From the NCBI GenBank assembly GCA_031459385.1, contig JAVKIP010000021.1, positions 1-48,169 of the forward strand: a stretch of 48,169 bases of DNA, in the 5' to 3' direction. Below are positions 1 to 9,695 of the stretch, piece after piece (position 1 is the stretch's first letter; each line of letters starts with the position of its first letter). The DNA comes from Candidatus Fervidifonticultor secundus (GTDB lineage Bacteria; Sysuimicrobiota; Sysuimicrobiia; Sysuimicrobiales; Humicultoraceae). Below the pieces are notes generated by a model, which was not told the DNA's origin, ran no database searches, and saw nothing but the letters and a program-made list of their open reading frames with translations. The position numbers and the translations under genes were made by a program.

Positions 1-73
1 TCCCGACGACCGCCTCTACGACCCCGTCCGCGTCATGTGGGCACGCGTGCGGGGCCGCCTGCAAGGCCCGTGA
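1..73 (+). CDS. C-terminal fragment of an upstream gene, probably a PhnD/AioX-like periplasmic substrate-binding protein (truncated by window start)
   Basis: Frame 2 reads PDDRLYDPVRVMWARVRGRLQGP* and ends at TGA 71-73, overlapping the kinase ATG (TGATG). DxxYDxVR resembles C-termini of phosphonate-binding-family proteins. Only 23 aa are visible. Confidence 0.45.
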   Translation, partial: PDDRLYDPVRVMWARVRGRLQGP

Positions 74-1512
74 TGCGCCCCAGCCTGCGGCTCAAGATCA
101 CCGGGGCCATGGTGGGGTTGATCCTGGTCGGCGGTGTGGCGGGTGCCGTGAAGGCCCGGACCGACCTGCTGCGCATCGGACGGGCTGACCTGGAGCGGCG
201 GGCCCTCAACGTGGCCTGGAACCTGGGCGTGCAGCACGCCGACCTGCTCCTGACCAACGACATCTTCACGCTCTACGAATTGGTCAACGGCGCGCTGCTC
301 ACCAACCCCGACATCCGCTACATCGTTATCTTCGACCAGACCGGCACCGTGCGCGTCAGCAGCTTCACCGGCGGCGCCCCCCGGGGCTTGCGGGAGGCCA
401 ACGTCCCCACCGTGCCATCGCGCCACCAGGCGCGTCGGCTGCAAACCGACGAGGGCACGATCTACGACGTCGCCTTCCCGGTGCTGGATGGCCAGGCAGG
501 GGTGGTGCGGGTAGGGATGCGGGAGACACCCCTGTACGCCATGGTGAACCGCCAGACCATGGCGTTGCTGGGCCTGACCGCGGCCGGCATGCTGCTGGCC
601 GGCGTGGTGGCCTACGGGATCGGTTCGCTATTGACCCGTCCCCTGGCCCAGCTGGTGGCAGCGGCGCAGGCCGTGGCCCGCGGCGACCTGGGGCGCAAAG
701 CGCCCGTGTTCACCCGCGACGAGGTCGGCGAGGTGGCCGTGGCGTTCAACGCCATGACCGACGCGCTGGCCCGCATGACGCGCGAGCGCGAGGAGGTCAA
801 CCGCCAGCTGCGGCTGTTGTTGGAGCAGGTGATCACGGCCCAGGAGGACGAGCGCAAGCGGGTGGCCCGGGAGCTGCACGACGAGTTCGCCCAGACGCTG
901 ACGGCGCTGGCGATGGAGTTGGAGGCGGCGGCCCGGCGCATCCCGCCCGAGCTGCCAGGCGCGCGGGATGCGGTGGCGCGCACGCACCAGCGGGCGACCC
1001 AGTCCATCGAGGAGGTGCGGCGGCTGATCCTGGACCTGCGGCCGGTGGTGCTGGACGACCACGGCCTGGTGCCGGCCCTCCGCTGGTACGCCGAGCGCTG
1101 CCTGGCGCCGCTGGGGATCGCGGCGAAGGTGACGGCTCCCGGGTGGAGGCGCCGACTCGACCCGCGGACCGAGGTGGTGATCTTCCGCATCGCCCAGGAG
1201 GCGTTGAACAACGTCGCCAGGCACTCGGGCGCCACCGAGGCGGAGGTGCGGCTGGAGCTGGGCCACGATCGCCTGGAGGTTAGCGTGACCGACAACGGAC
1301 GCGGGTTCTCCCCGCAGGCCCCAGGGGCTGCGCTGGCCGGGGGTCGCGGGCTGGGCCTGCTGGGCATGCGGGAGCGGGCCAGCCTCATCGGTGGCGAGTT
1401 CGCCGTCGACTCGGCTCCGGGGCGCGGCACGCGCGTCCGCCTGCGGGTCCCCCTGCGGGGGCCGGCCGCGACGCCGCTGCCTGTCCTTGACGATGCGCGT
1501 CCTGCTGGTTGA
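73..1512 (+). CDS. Membrane sensor histidine kinase (HAMP + HisKA_3 + HATPase, NarX/UhpB class)
   Basis: Two hydrophobic segments, HAMP (RDEVGEVAVAFNAM), H-box ARELHDEFAQ, QEALNNVARH, DNGRGF, GLGLLGMRER. Start set at ATG 73, coupled to the upstream stop. Confidence 0.93.
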   Translation: MRPSLRLKITGAMVGLILVGGVAGAVKARTDLLRIGRADLERRALNVAWNLGVQHADLLLTNDIFTLYELVNGALLTNPDIRYIVIFDQTGTVRVSSFTGGAPRGLREANVPTVPSRHQARRLQTDEGTIYDVAFPVLDGQAGVVRVGMRETPLYAMVNRQTMALLGLTAAGMLLAGVVAYGIGSLLTRPLAQLVAAAQAVARGDLGRKAPVFTRDEVGEVAVAFNAMTDALARMTREREEVNRQLRLLLEQVITAQEDERKRVARELHDEFAQTLTALAMELEAAARRIPPELPGARDAVARTHQRATQSIEEVRRLILDLRPVVLDDHGLVPALRWYAERCLAPLGIAAKVTAPGWRRRLDPRTEVVIFRIAQEALNNVARHSGATEAEVRLELGHDRLEVSVTDNGRGFSPQAPGAALAGGRGLGLLGMRERASLIGGEFAVDSAPGRGTRVRLRVPLRGPAATPLPVLDDARPAG

Positions 1513-2143
1513 CGATCACACGATCGTCCGGGAGGGCCTGCGGGCCCTGCTGGCCGAGGCACCCGACGTGGAGGTGGTGGGCGAGGCCGCCGACGGGGCG
1601 GAGGCGCTGCGCAAGGCCCGGGAGCTGCGGCCCGACGTGGTGGTCATGGACCTGCTCATGCCCGGGATGAACGGGCTGGAGGCGACCCGTGGCATCCGGC
1701 AGGAGCTGCGCGAGGTCGAGGTGCTGGTCCTCACCATGTACGAGAGCGACCAGCACTTCTTCGAGGTGCTGCAGGCCGGCGCGTCTGGCTACCTGCTCAA
1801 GGGCGCCTCGGCCGCCGACCTGCTGGCCGCCCTGCGGGCCGTGCACGCCGGCGACGTCTTCATCTACCCCTCAATGGCCAAGAAGCTGCTGAGCGACTTC
1901 CTGACCCGGGCGGGGGCCGGGGAAGAGGGCGAGCGCTACGCGCGCCTGACCGCCCGCGAGCGCGAGGTCCTCACGCTGGTGGCCGAAGGGTACACGGCGC
2001 AGGAGATCGCCGAGCGCCTCACCCTCAGCCCGAGCACGGTCCAGACCCACAAGACTCACGCCATGCGCAAGCTGCACATCACCACCCGGGCGCAGCTCAT
2101 CCGCTACGCCCTGCGCCACGGCCTCATCGAGCGCGAGGGGTAG
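1493..2143 (+). CDS. NarL/FixJ-family response regulator (REC + LuxR HTH)
   Basis: MRVLLVDDH, VVVMDLLMP, GASGYLLK, LTAREREVLTLVAEG...IAERLTLSPSTVQTH. Overlaps the kinase 3' end. Confidence 0.95.
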   Translation: MRVLLVDDHTIVREGLRALLAEAPDVEVVGEAADGAEALRKARELRPDVVVMDLLMPGMNGLEATRGIRQELREVEVLVLTMYESDQHFFEVLQAGASGYLLKGASAADLLAALRAVHAGDVFIYPSMAKKLLSDFLTRAGAGEEGERYARLTAREREVLTLVAEGYTAQEIAERLTLSPSTVQTHKTHAMRKLHITTRAQLIRYALRHGLIEREG

Positions 2144-3742
2144 ATGGTCAATACCGACGTGCAGGCCACGTGGGCCTACCACGACGGCACCAAGCACTCG
2201 CACGCCAGCGTCCGCCAGGGGCCCGGCGGGCTCGACTGGGCCAACCAGCCGCTCCCCTACAAGATCTACGCCACCGTGCCGCCCCTCCCGCTGCCGCAGG
2301 AAGTACCGCTGCCGGCGTGCCCGGCCATGGAGGCGCTGGCCGCGTTGCCGGCACCACAGGCGCGGCGAATCCCCGACCTGGAGACGCTGGCGGCCCTGTG
2401 CCGCCTGTCGGCTGGCATCACCCGCCGGCTGCGACTCCCCGGCGGGTCCACCATCGCCTTCCGGGCGGCGGCGTGCACGGGCGCGCTGTACCACATCGAG
2501 CTCTACCTGGTGTGCGGGGACCTTCCCGGCCTGGAGGCCGGCGTCTACCACTTCGGGGTGCACGACGTCGCCCTGCGACGGCTGCGGGCTGGCGACTTCC
2601 GCGCTGCGGTGGTCGAGGCCAGCGGCCACGAACCGGCGGTAGCCGCCGCGCCGGTGGTGGTCGTGCTCACCACGACGTTCTGGCGCAACGCGTGGAAGTA
2701 CCGCGCCCGGGCGTACCGCCACGCGTTCTGGGACGGCGGGACGATCCTGGCCAACCTGCTGGCGGTAGCCGGCGGATATGAGCTCCCCGCTCGTGTCGTG
2801 GTTGGGTTCGTCGACGCAACGGTCAACCGCCTGCTGGACGTCGACCCCCAGCGGGAAGTGGCCATCGCGCTGGTGGCGCTGGGACAGGACGAGGCGACGC
2901 CCACGGACCACCCGCTCCCGATGCCGGCGCTGCACCTGCCGACCCAGCGCCTCTCGCGCGCGGAGGTCGACTACCCGGCGATCCGCGCCATGCACACGGC
3001 CTCGTCACTAACCTCCACCGAGGAGGTGCGGGCGTGGCGGGAAGGTCTACCGCCGTATGCAGCACGCCACGACGTCGCCACCGCCAGCATCGGTGCGCCC
3101 GGAGCCGAGGCTGCGTCGGCGACGGGCCGCACGATCCCGCTGGCGCCCCTCGCCGACGCGGAACTGCCGCGGGACACGATCGCGCAGGTGATCCTGCGGC
3201 GCGGCTCCGCGCGCCGGTTCGTGCGCCGGCCCATCACCTTCGCGCAGCTCTCTACGATGGTGGAGCGGGCGACGCGCCCGGTGCCGGCCGACTTCCTGTC
3301 GGGCGGGCGTGCGGGCCCGGCAGCCCTGACCGATGTGTACCTGATCGTGAATGCCGTCGAGGGGCTACCGGCGGGGGCGTACGTACTCCACCGCGAGCGG
3401 CGCGAGCTGGCGCTGCTGCGCGCCGGCGCCTTCCGCCGCGAGGCCGGCTACCTCGCCCTGGAGCAGGCGCTGGCGGCCGACGCGGCCGTCAACGTCTACT
3501 GCCTCGCGGCCCTGCCGCCGCTGCTGGCCCGCTTCGGCAACCGGGGCTACCGGGCCGCGCAGCTCGAGGCCGCCGTCGTCGGCGGACGGCTCTATCTGGC
3601 TGCGTACGCGCTGGGCCTGGGCGCCACCGGCCTGACCTTCTACGACGACGTCACCGCGTTCTTCTCTCCGCACGCGCACGGCAAGAGCGTGATGTTCCTG
3701 ACGGCGCTCGGCGTCCCCGCCCGCCGCTCGTCCCGCGCCTGA
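2144..3742 (+). CDS. SagB/ThcOx-family FMN dehydrogenase with tandem nitroreductase-like domains
   Basis: YHDGTKH, LDWANQP.PYK.Y, WKYRARAYRHAFWDGG, ILRRGSARRF, RGYRAAQLEA, LGATGLTFYDD. Confidence 0.85.
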   Translation: MVNTDVQATWAYHDGTKHSHASVRQGPGGLDWANQPLPYKIYATVPPLPLPQEVPLPACPAMEALAALPAPQARRIPDLETLAALCRLSAGITRRLRLPGGSTIAFRAAACTGALYHIELYLVCGDLPGLEAGVYHFGVHDVALRRLRAGDFRAAVVEASGHEPAVAAAPVVVVLTTTFWRNAWKYRARAYRHAFWDGGTILANLLAVAGGYELPARVVVGFVDATVNRLLDVDPQREVAIALVALGQDEATPTDHPLPMPALHLPTQRLSRAEVDYPAIRAMHTASSLTSTEEVRAWREGLPPYAARHDVATASIGAPGAEAASATGRTIPLAPLADAELPRDTIAQVILRRGSARRFVRRPITFAQLSTMVERATRPVPADFLSGGRAGPAALTDVYLIVNAVEGLPAGAYVLHRERRELALLRAGAFRREAGYLALEQALAADAAVNVYCLAALPPLLARFGNRGYRAAQLEAAVVGGRLYLAAYALGLGATGLTFYDDVTAFFSPHAHGKSVMFLTALGVPARRSSRA

Positions 3743-3789
3743 GCCACCCCGCGCCCGCACCGTTTCCCCCCACCTGAGCCGCGTCGCGA

Positions 3790-3814
3790 AAACCGCGAGG
3801 CCGCCTCGCGGTTT
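3790..3814. promoter_or_regulatory. 25-bp near-perfect inverted repeat (operator or weak terminator)
   Basis: AAACCGCGAGGC-C-GCCTCGCGGTTT lies between the SagB gene and the first molybdoenzyme operon. Confidence 0.5.
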
Positions 3815-3889
3815 CCCGGGCACGAAAATCCTCGCCAGCCCGGATACCCTGGCGGCACGGGCCGGCTAGCCTGAAGCCGGAGGTGGCAA

Positions 3890-6457
3890 ATGAAGCTCAC
3901 GCGCCGTCGGGTGCTGCAGGCGGGTGCCGCCGCCGGCGGAGCGCTGGCCGCCCGACAGCTCCTCCCGGGTCCGCTGCAGACGCTGGTGGCCGGGGCGCCA
4001 GCGCCGGGGGCCGCCGCAGCCGAGCAGTGGGTGCCAACGCTGTGCTGGATCGGCAAGCAAGACTGCGGCCTGCTGGCGAGGCGGATCGGCGGGCGGGTAG
4101 TGAAACTGGAGGGCCACCCCGCCCACCCGCGCAACCGCGGCACCCTCTGCCCCAAGGGCGTCGCTCAGATCATGGCCCTCTACGACCCCAACCGGGTCGG
4201 AACCCCGCTGGTCCGCACCAACGAGAAGGGTGTCCCCGGCCGGTGGCGCGCGGCGTCGTGGGACGAGGCGCTCTCTCTCGTGGCCGCCCGCATCCGGGAG
4301 GCCCGCGCGCGCAACCCCCAGCTGGTCCTCTGGCAGAAGGGACGCAGCAAGGCGGAAGCGTTCTACGACGACGCGTTCGTCAAGGCCACCGGCGCCCTGA
4401 AGATGGGGCACGGTGCGTACTGCTCGGACGCCGGCTACCGCGCCTGCGAGTACACCGTGGGGCCCACCGGCGTCCTGCACCCCGACTGCCGGCACACCCG
4501 CTTCTTGCTGGCCTGGGGCTGGAACCTGACCGGTGCCGGTGGCAACAAGCTGTGCTGGATCACCTGGCCCCAGCAGCTGCTGGCGGCCCGCGAGCGGGGG
4601 CTGAAGGTGGTGGTGATCGATCCGCGGCTGCGGGGTGCCGGTCCCTTCGCCGACGAGTGGCTGCCGATTCGCCCGGCCACCGACCTGGCCCTGGCCCTGG
4701 CGTTCTGCCACTTGCTGATCCGGCAGAACACCATCGACCGTGACTACCTCACCAGGTACACGAATGCACCATTTTTGGTCAAAGGCGACGGCTACATCCT
4801 CCGTGTCGACGGCAAGGAACAGATCTGGGACCAGCGGACGGGCCGCGCCCGTCCCTACGATGCGCCCGGCGTGGTGCCGGCGCTGGACGGCGAGTTCACT
4901 GTGGGCGGGGAGCGGGTGCAGACGGCGTTCCGCCTCTTCCGTGAGCACGTGCGCCAGTACACGCCCGAGTGGGCCGCCGAGGTCTGCGGCATCCCGGCTG
5001 ACCAGATCGTCCGCGTGGCGGCCGAGTTGGGCGAGCAGGCCCGTATCGGCGCCACGGTGGTGGTCGATGGTCTGACGCTTCCCTATCGGCCCGTGGCCAT
5101 TCACGCCTACCACGTCTCTCAGCAGGAACTGGGCTTTCAGGCCATACGGGCCATGCTCCTGGTCATGATGCTGGTAGGCGCCATCGAGGCGGTGGGCGGC
5201 CAGCGCATCGACTTCACCTGGAAGGTGCACAGGAACTTCAAGGCCCTCGACGAGATCGTCATAAAGGACCCGCCCTACAACGTCTACCTCAAGGACAGCC
5301 CGTACTTCCCCATCAACAGCGGGCTGCCCGGGATGGCGGCGAAGGTGATGCTGGAGCCGCAGCGCTACGGCGTGCGCGAGCTGCCGGAAGTGCTGCTGGT
5401 GCACATGACGAACCCCATGGTCGCCTATGCCGATACGCCGACCCTCGCCGCAGCCTACAGGAAGTTCAAGTTCGTGGTGGCCATCGACCCGTGGCTCTCG
5501 CGCACCGCCGACCTCTTCGCCGACGTGGTGCTGCCGGCAGCCACGCTGGAGAAATACGAGGGTCCCAGCGCTGCCACCGACCAGTACACCGACGCCGTGG
5601 CCCTGCGCGTGCCGCCCGTGGCGCCCCTGCACCAGTCCCGGGGCGAGATCGACATCTACCTGGACCTGTGCGAGAAGATCGGCGTCCTCTACGGCCCGGG
5701 TGGTTACCTGGACCACCTGAACGAGGCGCTGCACCTCACGGGCGCGCACCGGCTGCCGCTGGACCGCAAGCCCACCGCCCGCGAGATCTTCGACAGGTGG
5801 GCGAAGGCACAGGGGATCGCCGAGGGCGTGGCCTACTTCGAGCGCCACGGCGTCAGGGTCAAGGGGCCGATCCCTGCCCGCAGGTACTACGGGGTCGCCG
5901 CCGACCCCCCGTTCGACGGCATCCGCCACCGGCTCTACGGCGAATCGCTGTTGCGCTACCGCGAGCAGATGCAGGCCAGGGGCGTGGCCGAGGTCTACTG
6001 GCGCGACTACACCCCGCTGCCCACCTGGCGGCGCCCGACCATGGACGGCGCGCCGCCAGCCTACGACCTCTACCTGATCAGCTACAAGCTCATCGAGTTC
6101 AAGCAGAGCCGCGCCTCGCAGATCCCGCTGCTGGCCGAGCTGGCCCCGCGGCAGTGGCTCGACATCCACCCGGCCACCGCCCGGGCCCGCGGCATCGCCG
6201 ATGGTGACGAGGTGTGGGTCGAGTCGTACCACGCGCTGACCGGGGAGACGCGGCGCGTGAAGGTCACCGCTCGCTACCGGGAAGGCATCCGGCCCGACGT
6301 GGTGGGGATGCCCCATCACTTCGGCGAGGTGGCCCGCCACCCCTGGGCCGCCGGCCAGGGCCCCACCCCCAACGCCCTCTTCTTCACCGGCGAGGGCTAC
6401 GTGGCCAACACTCAGGACCAGGCCTTCCACGTGAAGGTGCGGGTCTCGAGGGCCTGA
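3890..6457 (+). CDS. Tat-exported molybdopterin oxidoreductase catalytic subunit (DMSO reductase family; Arr/Arx/Psr-like)
   Basis: Tat signal TRRRVLQ; FS0-like C-WIG-KQD-C-x27-C; QKGRS and GHGAYC (putative Cys Mo ligand); ADVVLPAATLE; C-terminal IHPATARARGIADGD. RBS GGAGG upstream. Confidence 0.9.
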   Translation: MKLTRRRVLQAGAAAGGALAARQLLPGPLQTLVAGAPAPGAAAAEQWVPTLCWIGKQDCGLLARRIGGRVVKLEGHPAHPRNRGTLCPKGVAQIMALYDPNRVGTPLVRTNEKGVPGRWRAASWDEALSLVAARIREARARNPQLVLWQKGRSKAEAFYDDAFVKATGALKMGHGAYCSDAGYRACEYTVGPTGVLHPDCRHTRFLLAWGWNLTGAGGNKLCWITWPQQLLAARERGLKVVVIDPRLRGAGPFADEWLPIRPATDLALALAFCHLLIRQNTIDRDYLTRYTNAPFLVKGDGYILRVDGKEQIWDQRTGRARPYDAPGVVPALDGEFTVGGERVQTAFRLFREHVRQYTPEWAAEVCGIPADQIVRVAAELGEQARIGATVVVDGLTLPYRPVAIHAYHVSQQELGFQAIRAMLLVMMLVGAIEAVGGQRIDFTWKVHRNFKALDEIVIKDPPYNVYLKDSPYFPINSGLPGMAAKVMLEPQRYGVRELPEVLLVHMTNPMVAYADTPTLAAAYRKFKFVVAIDPWLSRTADLFADVVLPAATLEKYEGPSAATDQYTDAVALRVPPVAPLHQSRGEIDIYLDLCEKIGVLYGPGGYLDHLNEALHLTGAHRLPLDRKPTAREIFDRWAKAQGIAEGVAYFERHGVRVKGPIPARRYYGVAADPPFDGIRHRLYGESLLRYREQMQARGVAEVYWRDYTPLPTWRRPTMDGAPPAYDLYLISYKLIEFKQSRASQIPLLAELAPRQWLDIHPATARARGIADGDEVWVESYHALTGETRRVKVTARYREGIRPDVVGMPHHFGEVARHPWAAGQGPTPNALFFTGEGYVANTQDQAFHVKVRVSRA

Positions 6458-6468
6458 GGAGGACCGGC

Positions 6469-7218
6469 ATGCCGCGCTACGCCATGGTCGTCGACCTCGA
6501 CCGGTGCATGGGCTGCCGGGCGTGCATGGAGGCGTGCAAGGTTGAGAACAACACGCCGCAGGGCAGCTTCTGGATGTACGTCTTCCGCTTCGAGGAAGGC
6601 GCATTCCCTCACGTCCGCACCTGGTTCCTGCCGCGGCCGTGCATGCACTGCGACAACGCGCCCTGCGTCAAGGTCTGCCCGGTGGGCGCCCGGTACAAGC
6701 GTACCGACGGCCTGGTGGCCACCGACTACGACCGGTGCATCGGCTGCCGGTACTGCGAGGTGGCCTGTCCTTATGGCGTCAACACCTTCAACTGGAAACG
6801 CCCGGACCAGAACTACTACCTCGACTGGGCCGACCGCGAGGCGGCGGCGGTGCTGGCGCAGGCCACCGACGGTGCGGTGCCGCCCTACCGCAACCCCGAC
6901 CTGGACCGCGCCTGGGGCCCCGAACAGCGCCGGACCGCCGGCGGCGGGCGGCTGCGGGGCGTGGTGGAGAAGTGCACGTTCTGCGTCCACCGCATCGAGC
7001 GCGGTCTGCTCCCCGCCTGCGTGGCCAACTGCCCGGCGTTGGCCTTGCACTTCGGCGACCTCGACGATCCCAGCAGCACCGTCTCGCGCCTGCTGGCGCA
7101 GCGGCCCCACTTCCAGTTGCTGGAGGACGCGGGCACCGAGCCGCGCGTGTACTACCTGGGCCAGAAGCCGCCCGGGGCCGACGCGCGCCAGGTGGAGGCC
7201 GTGAAAGCGAGGGTGTAA
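6469..7218 (+). CDS. Four-[4Fe-4S] electron-transfer subunit (ArrB/ArxB/PsrB/DmsB type)
   Basis: CMGCRACMEAC, CMHCDNAPCVKVC, CIGCRYCEVAC, KCTFC...CVANC. RBS GAGGAGG. Confidence 0.93.
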   Translation: MPRYAMVVDLDRCMGCRACMEACKVENNTPQGSFWMYVFRFEEGAFPHVRTWFLPRPCMHCDNAPCVKVCPVGARYKRTDGLVATDYDRCIGCRYCEVACPYGVNTFNWKRPDQNYYLDWADREAAAVLAQATDGAVPPYRNPDLDRAWGPEQRRTAGGGRLRGVVEKCTFCVHRIERGLLPACVANCPALALHFGDLDDPSSTVSRLLAQRPHFQLLEDAGTEPRVYYLGQKPPGADARQVEAVKARV

Positions 7219-7221
7219 CCA

Positions 7222-8739
7222 GTGGCCACGCGCGTTGCAACCGTACGGCATCCCGGGCCATACCCCACTGTCCCTGCCACGCGGGGCTGGTACGCATTGG
7301 TGACGGCGCTGCTGGCGCTGGTGGCGCTGGGGTTCTACGCCTACTCCCGGCAGGCGACCGAAGGCCTGGTGGTGACCGGCCTGCGCGACCTGGGCCCGGG
7401 AGGCGGCGCCGCCTGGGGGCTCTATATCGCCTTCGACGTCTATTTCGTGGGCGTGAGCTTCGCGGGCATCACCATGGCCGCCCTGATCCGGCTGCTGCAG
7501 CTGGAGCGGCTGCGGGTCGTGGCGCGCATCGCCGAGACGCTCACGGTCATCGCGCTGCTCCTGGCCGCCCTCAGCGTGCTGCCCGACCTGGGCCAGCCCC
7601 TGCGGGGCATCGTCAACCTGTTCCGCTACGCGCGCCCGCAGTCACCGTTCTTCGGCACCTTCACCCTGGTGATCGCCGGCTACCTGTTCGCCAGCCTCGT
7701 CTACCTCTACCTGGACGGACGGCAGGACGCCGCTCTGTGTGCCCGGACGCCGGGGCCGTTCCAGTGGTTCCACCGCCTGTGGGCGGCGGGCTACCGTGAT
7801 ACGCCGGCGGAACGTGAGCGCCATGAGCGCACCAGCTTCTGGCTGGCCATCGCCATCGTCCCGCTGCTGGTCACCGCGCACTCGACGCTGGGCTTCGTGT
7901 TCGGGCTCCAGGTGGGCCGGCCGGGCTGGTTCAGCGCGCTGCAGGCCCCGGCGTTCGTCATCCTGGCCGGCGTCTCCGGGGTGGGGCTCCTGGCGGTGGT
8001 GGCGGCCCTCCTGCGCACCGCCCTGGGCGAGCAGGAGCGGCTGGGTCCCGAGATCTTCCGGTGGCTGGGGACGTTCCTGATGGTGCTGATCGCAGCCTAC
8101 CTGTACTTCATGATCGTGGAATGGCTGACGACCATGTATGCCGGCCACACGCAGGAGGTGCGGGTGACGCTGGCTATGCTGGCGGGCCGCTACGCGTGGA
8201 TCTACTGGACGTCGGTGGCGGCGCTGGTGGGCGCGTTCGTAGTGGTGGTGTTGCCGGCGCTCCCGGCGCCGGTGGTGGCCTGGCTCCCGGCGGGCCTGCC
8301 GCGCCTGGCGCGGCCGCTGGCGGCAGCGGCCATAGTGGCAGCGGGTGTGCTGATCGTCCAGTTGGTCCCAGCCGCCCACCACGTGGGCCTCACGCTGCCG
8401 CCGCCGGTATGGACCTGGCTGCCCAGGCTGCTCATCGTGCTGGTGGCGCTGGTGGTGCTCTCGATCCTGCCGGTGGTGCGTACCAACGTTGTGGCGGGCA
8501 CCACTACCGCTGGCCTGCTGGTGAACGTCGCGGCCATCGGCAAACGCTACCTGATCGTCGTCCCATCGCAGACCCACGGCAGCCTCCTGCCCTACGGCAC
8601 CGGAGCCTACGCGCCGACGTGGGTGGAGTACGGGGTGATCCTGGGGGTGGCGGCGCTGGGCGCGCTGCTGTTCGCGCTGTTCGCGCGAGTCTTCCCTCTG
8701 CTCCCGGTGGAACTGCCCGGCGAAGGGAGGAGCCACTGA
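7222..8739 (+). CDS. NrfD/PsrC-family membrane anchor / quinol-interacting subunit
   Basis: WGLYIAFDVYFVG, DLGQPLR, QSPF, HSTLGFVFG, KRYLIVVP, YAPTWVE; many hydrophobic segments. Confidence 0.9.
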   Translation: MATRVATVRHPGPYPTVPATRGWYALVTALLALVALGFYAYSRQATEGLVVTGLRDLGPGGGAAWGLYIAFDVYFVGVSFAGITMAALIRLLQLERLRVVARIAETLTVIALLLAALSVLPDLGQPLRGIVNLFRYARPQSPFFGTFTLVIAGYLFASLVYLYLDGRQDAALCARTPGPFQWFHRLWAAGYRDTPAERERHERTSFWLAIAIVPLLVTAHSTLGFVFGLQVGRPGWFSALQAPAFVILAGVSGVGLLAVVAALLRTALGEQERLGPEIFRWLGTFLMVLIAAYLYFMIVEWLTTMYAGHTQEVRVTLAMLAGRYAWIYWTSVAALVGAFVVVVLPALPAPVVAWLPAGLPRLARPLAAAAIVAAGVLIVQLVPAAHHVGLTLPPPVWTWLPRLLIVLVALVVLSILPVVRTNVVAGTTTAGLLVNVAAIGKRYLIVVPSQTHGSLLPYGTGAYAPTWVEYGVILGVAALGALLFALFARVFPLLPVELPGEGRSH

Positions 8740-8954
8740 TGCGCGGGACGATGGCGGTAGGCATCGTGGCGGCTGGCTTCCTGGTGCAGGCGGTAAGCTA
8801 CTTCGTCCTGGCCGCCCCGCTCGGCAAGCCCACCAGTCCGGCGTTCAGCGACCCGCGGGTGCCGTTCGCGCCGGCCCTGTTCATCGCCGGCGTGGTGCTG
8901 GTCTTCCTGGCGGCAGTCGTCTACGAACTGCTTCCCGACCGCCAGGACGGCTAG
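8739..8954 (+). CDS. Small (71 aa) two-helix membrane protein
   Basis: ATG overlaps the upstream TGA, RBS GGAGGAG, and there are two hydrophobic stretches. Confidence 0.7.
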   Translation: MRGTMAVGIVAAGFLVQAVSYFVLAAPLGKPTSPAFSDPRVPFAPALFIAGVVLVFLAAVVYELLPDRQDG

Positions 8955-8959
8955 GGGCC

Positions 8960-9679
8960 ATGGGGGCACGGACACGGCGCGCGGGCCGGTCGCACACGAT
9001 GATCCCTGTGGGTGCCGCTGGCACGGGCACGCTGGCCGTCCTGCGCGAAACGCTCTACCGGCTCCTGGCCGTGCTGTTGCTGTATCCCACGCCGGCCCGG
9101 TTGCGCACGGCGACGGTGCTGGCGGATGCTCTGGCGGTGCACGACGATGCGCTGGCCGCCTTGCCCTGCTACCTGCAGTGGCGGCGGGTGCGGACCGCGA
9201 TAGAGACCGGCCCGCACACGGTGCTGGAAGACGAGTTCGCCCGGCTGTTCCTGGTCCCACCCCGGACCCCACCCTGCGAAACCGCGTACAGTGTAGCGGA
9301 GCCGCAGTGGGTGCTGGCCGACCTGACCGGGGAGTACGCCGCCGCCGGCGCGGCGTTGGCGGCGGAGGTGGGGGAACCACCCGACGCGGCGACGGTCGAG
9401 CTGGAGTTCATGGCCTACTTGTGCGGGCGCGAGCGCGAGGCGTGGGGGCACCATGCCGCCGACGCGGCCGCCGTCCTGGCCCGCGAGCACCGCTTCCTGC
9501 AGCGGCACCTGGTGCGCTGGATGCCTGCGTTCGCCCACGACGTGGCCTGTGCGGCGCCGAAGAGCTTCTACGCCCAGCTGGCCGACATGGCCGGCGCCTT
9601 CGTGCTTTGCGACCGCGACCTCGTCGACCTCGCGCGCACCTGCCTGCGGCGCACGGCCGCCGTGCCGCTGCGCGCATGA
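8960..9679 (+). CDS. TorD/DmsD-family molybdoenzyme maturation chaperone
   Basis: EFARLF, PPCETAY, EPPDAATVELEFMAYL, FLQRHLVRW. Start uncertain (ATG 8960 or 8999). Confidence 0.88.
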   Translation: MGARTRRAGRSHTMIPVGAAGTGTLAVLRETLYRLLAVLLLYPTPARLRTATVLADALAVHDDALAALPCYLQWRRVRTAIETGPHTVLEDEFARLFLVPPRTPPCETAYSVAEPQWVLADLTGEYAAAGAALAAEVGEPPDAATVELEFMAYLCGREREAWGHHAADAAAVLAREHRFLQRHLVRWMPAFAHDVACAAPKSFYAQLADMAGAFVLCDRDLVDLARTCLRRTAAVPLRA

Positions 9680-9695
9680 CCAGCGCCCGGCCCCG

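Noticed and set aside
2144..3742. RiPP (azole) biosynthesis cluster
   Set aside because: No YcaO cyclodehydratase or precursor peptide is visible nearby.
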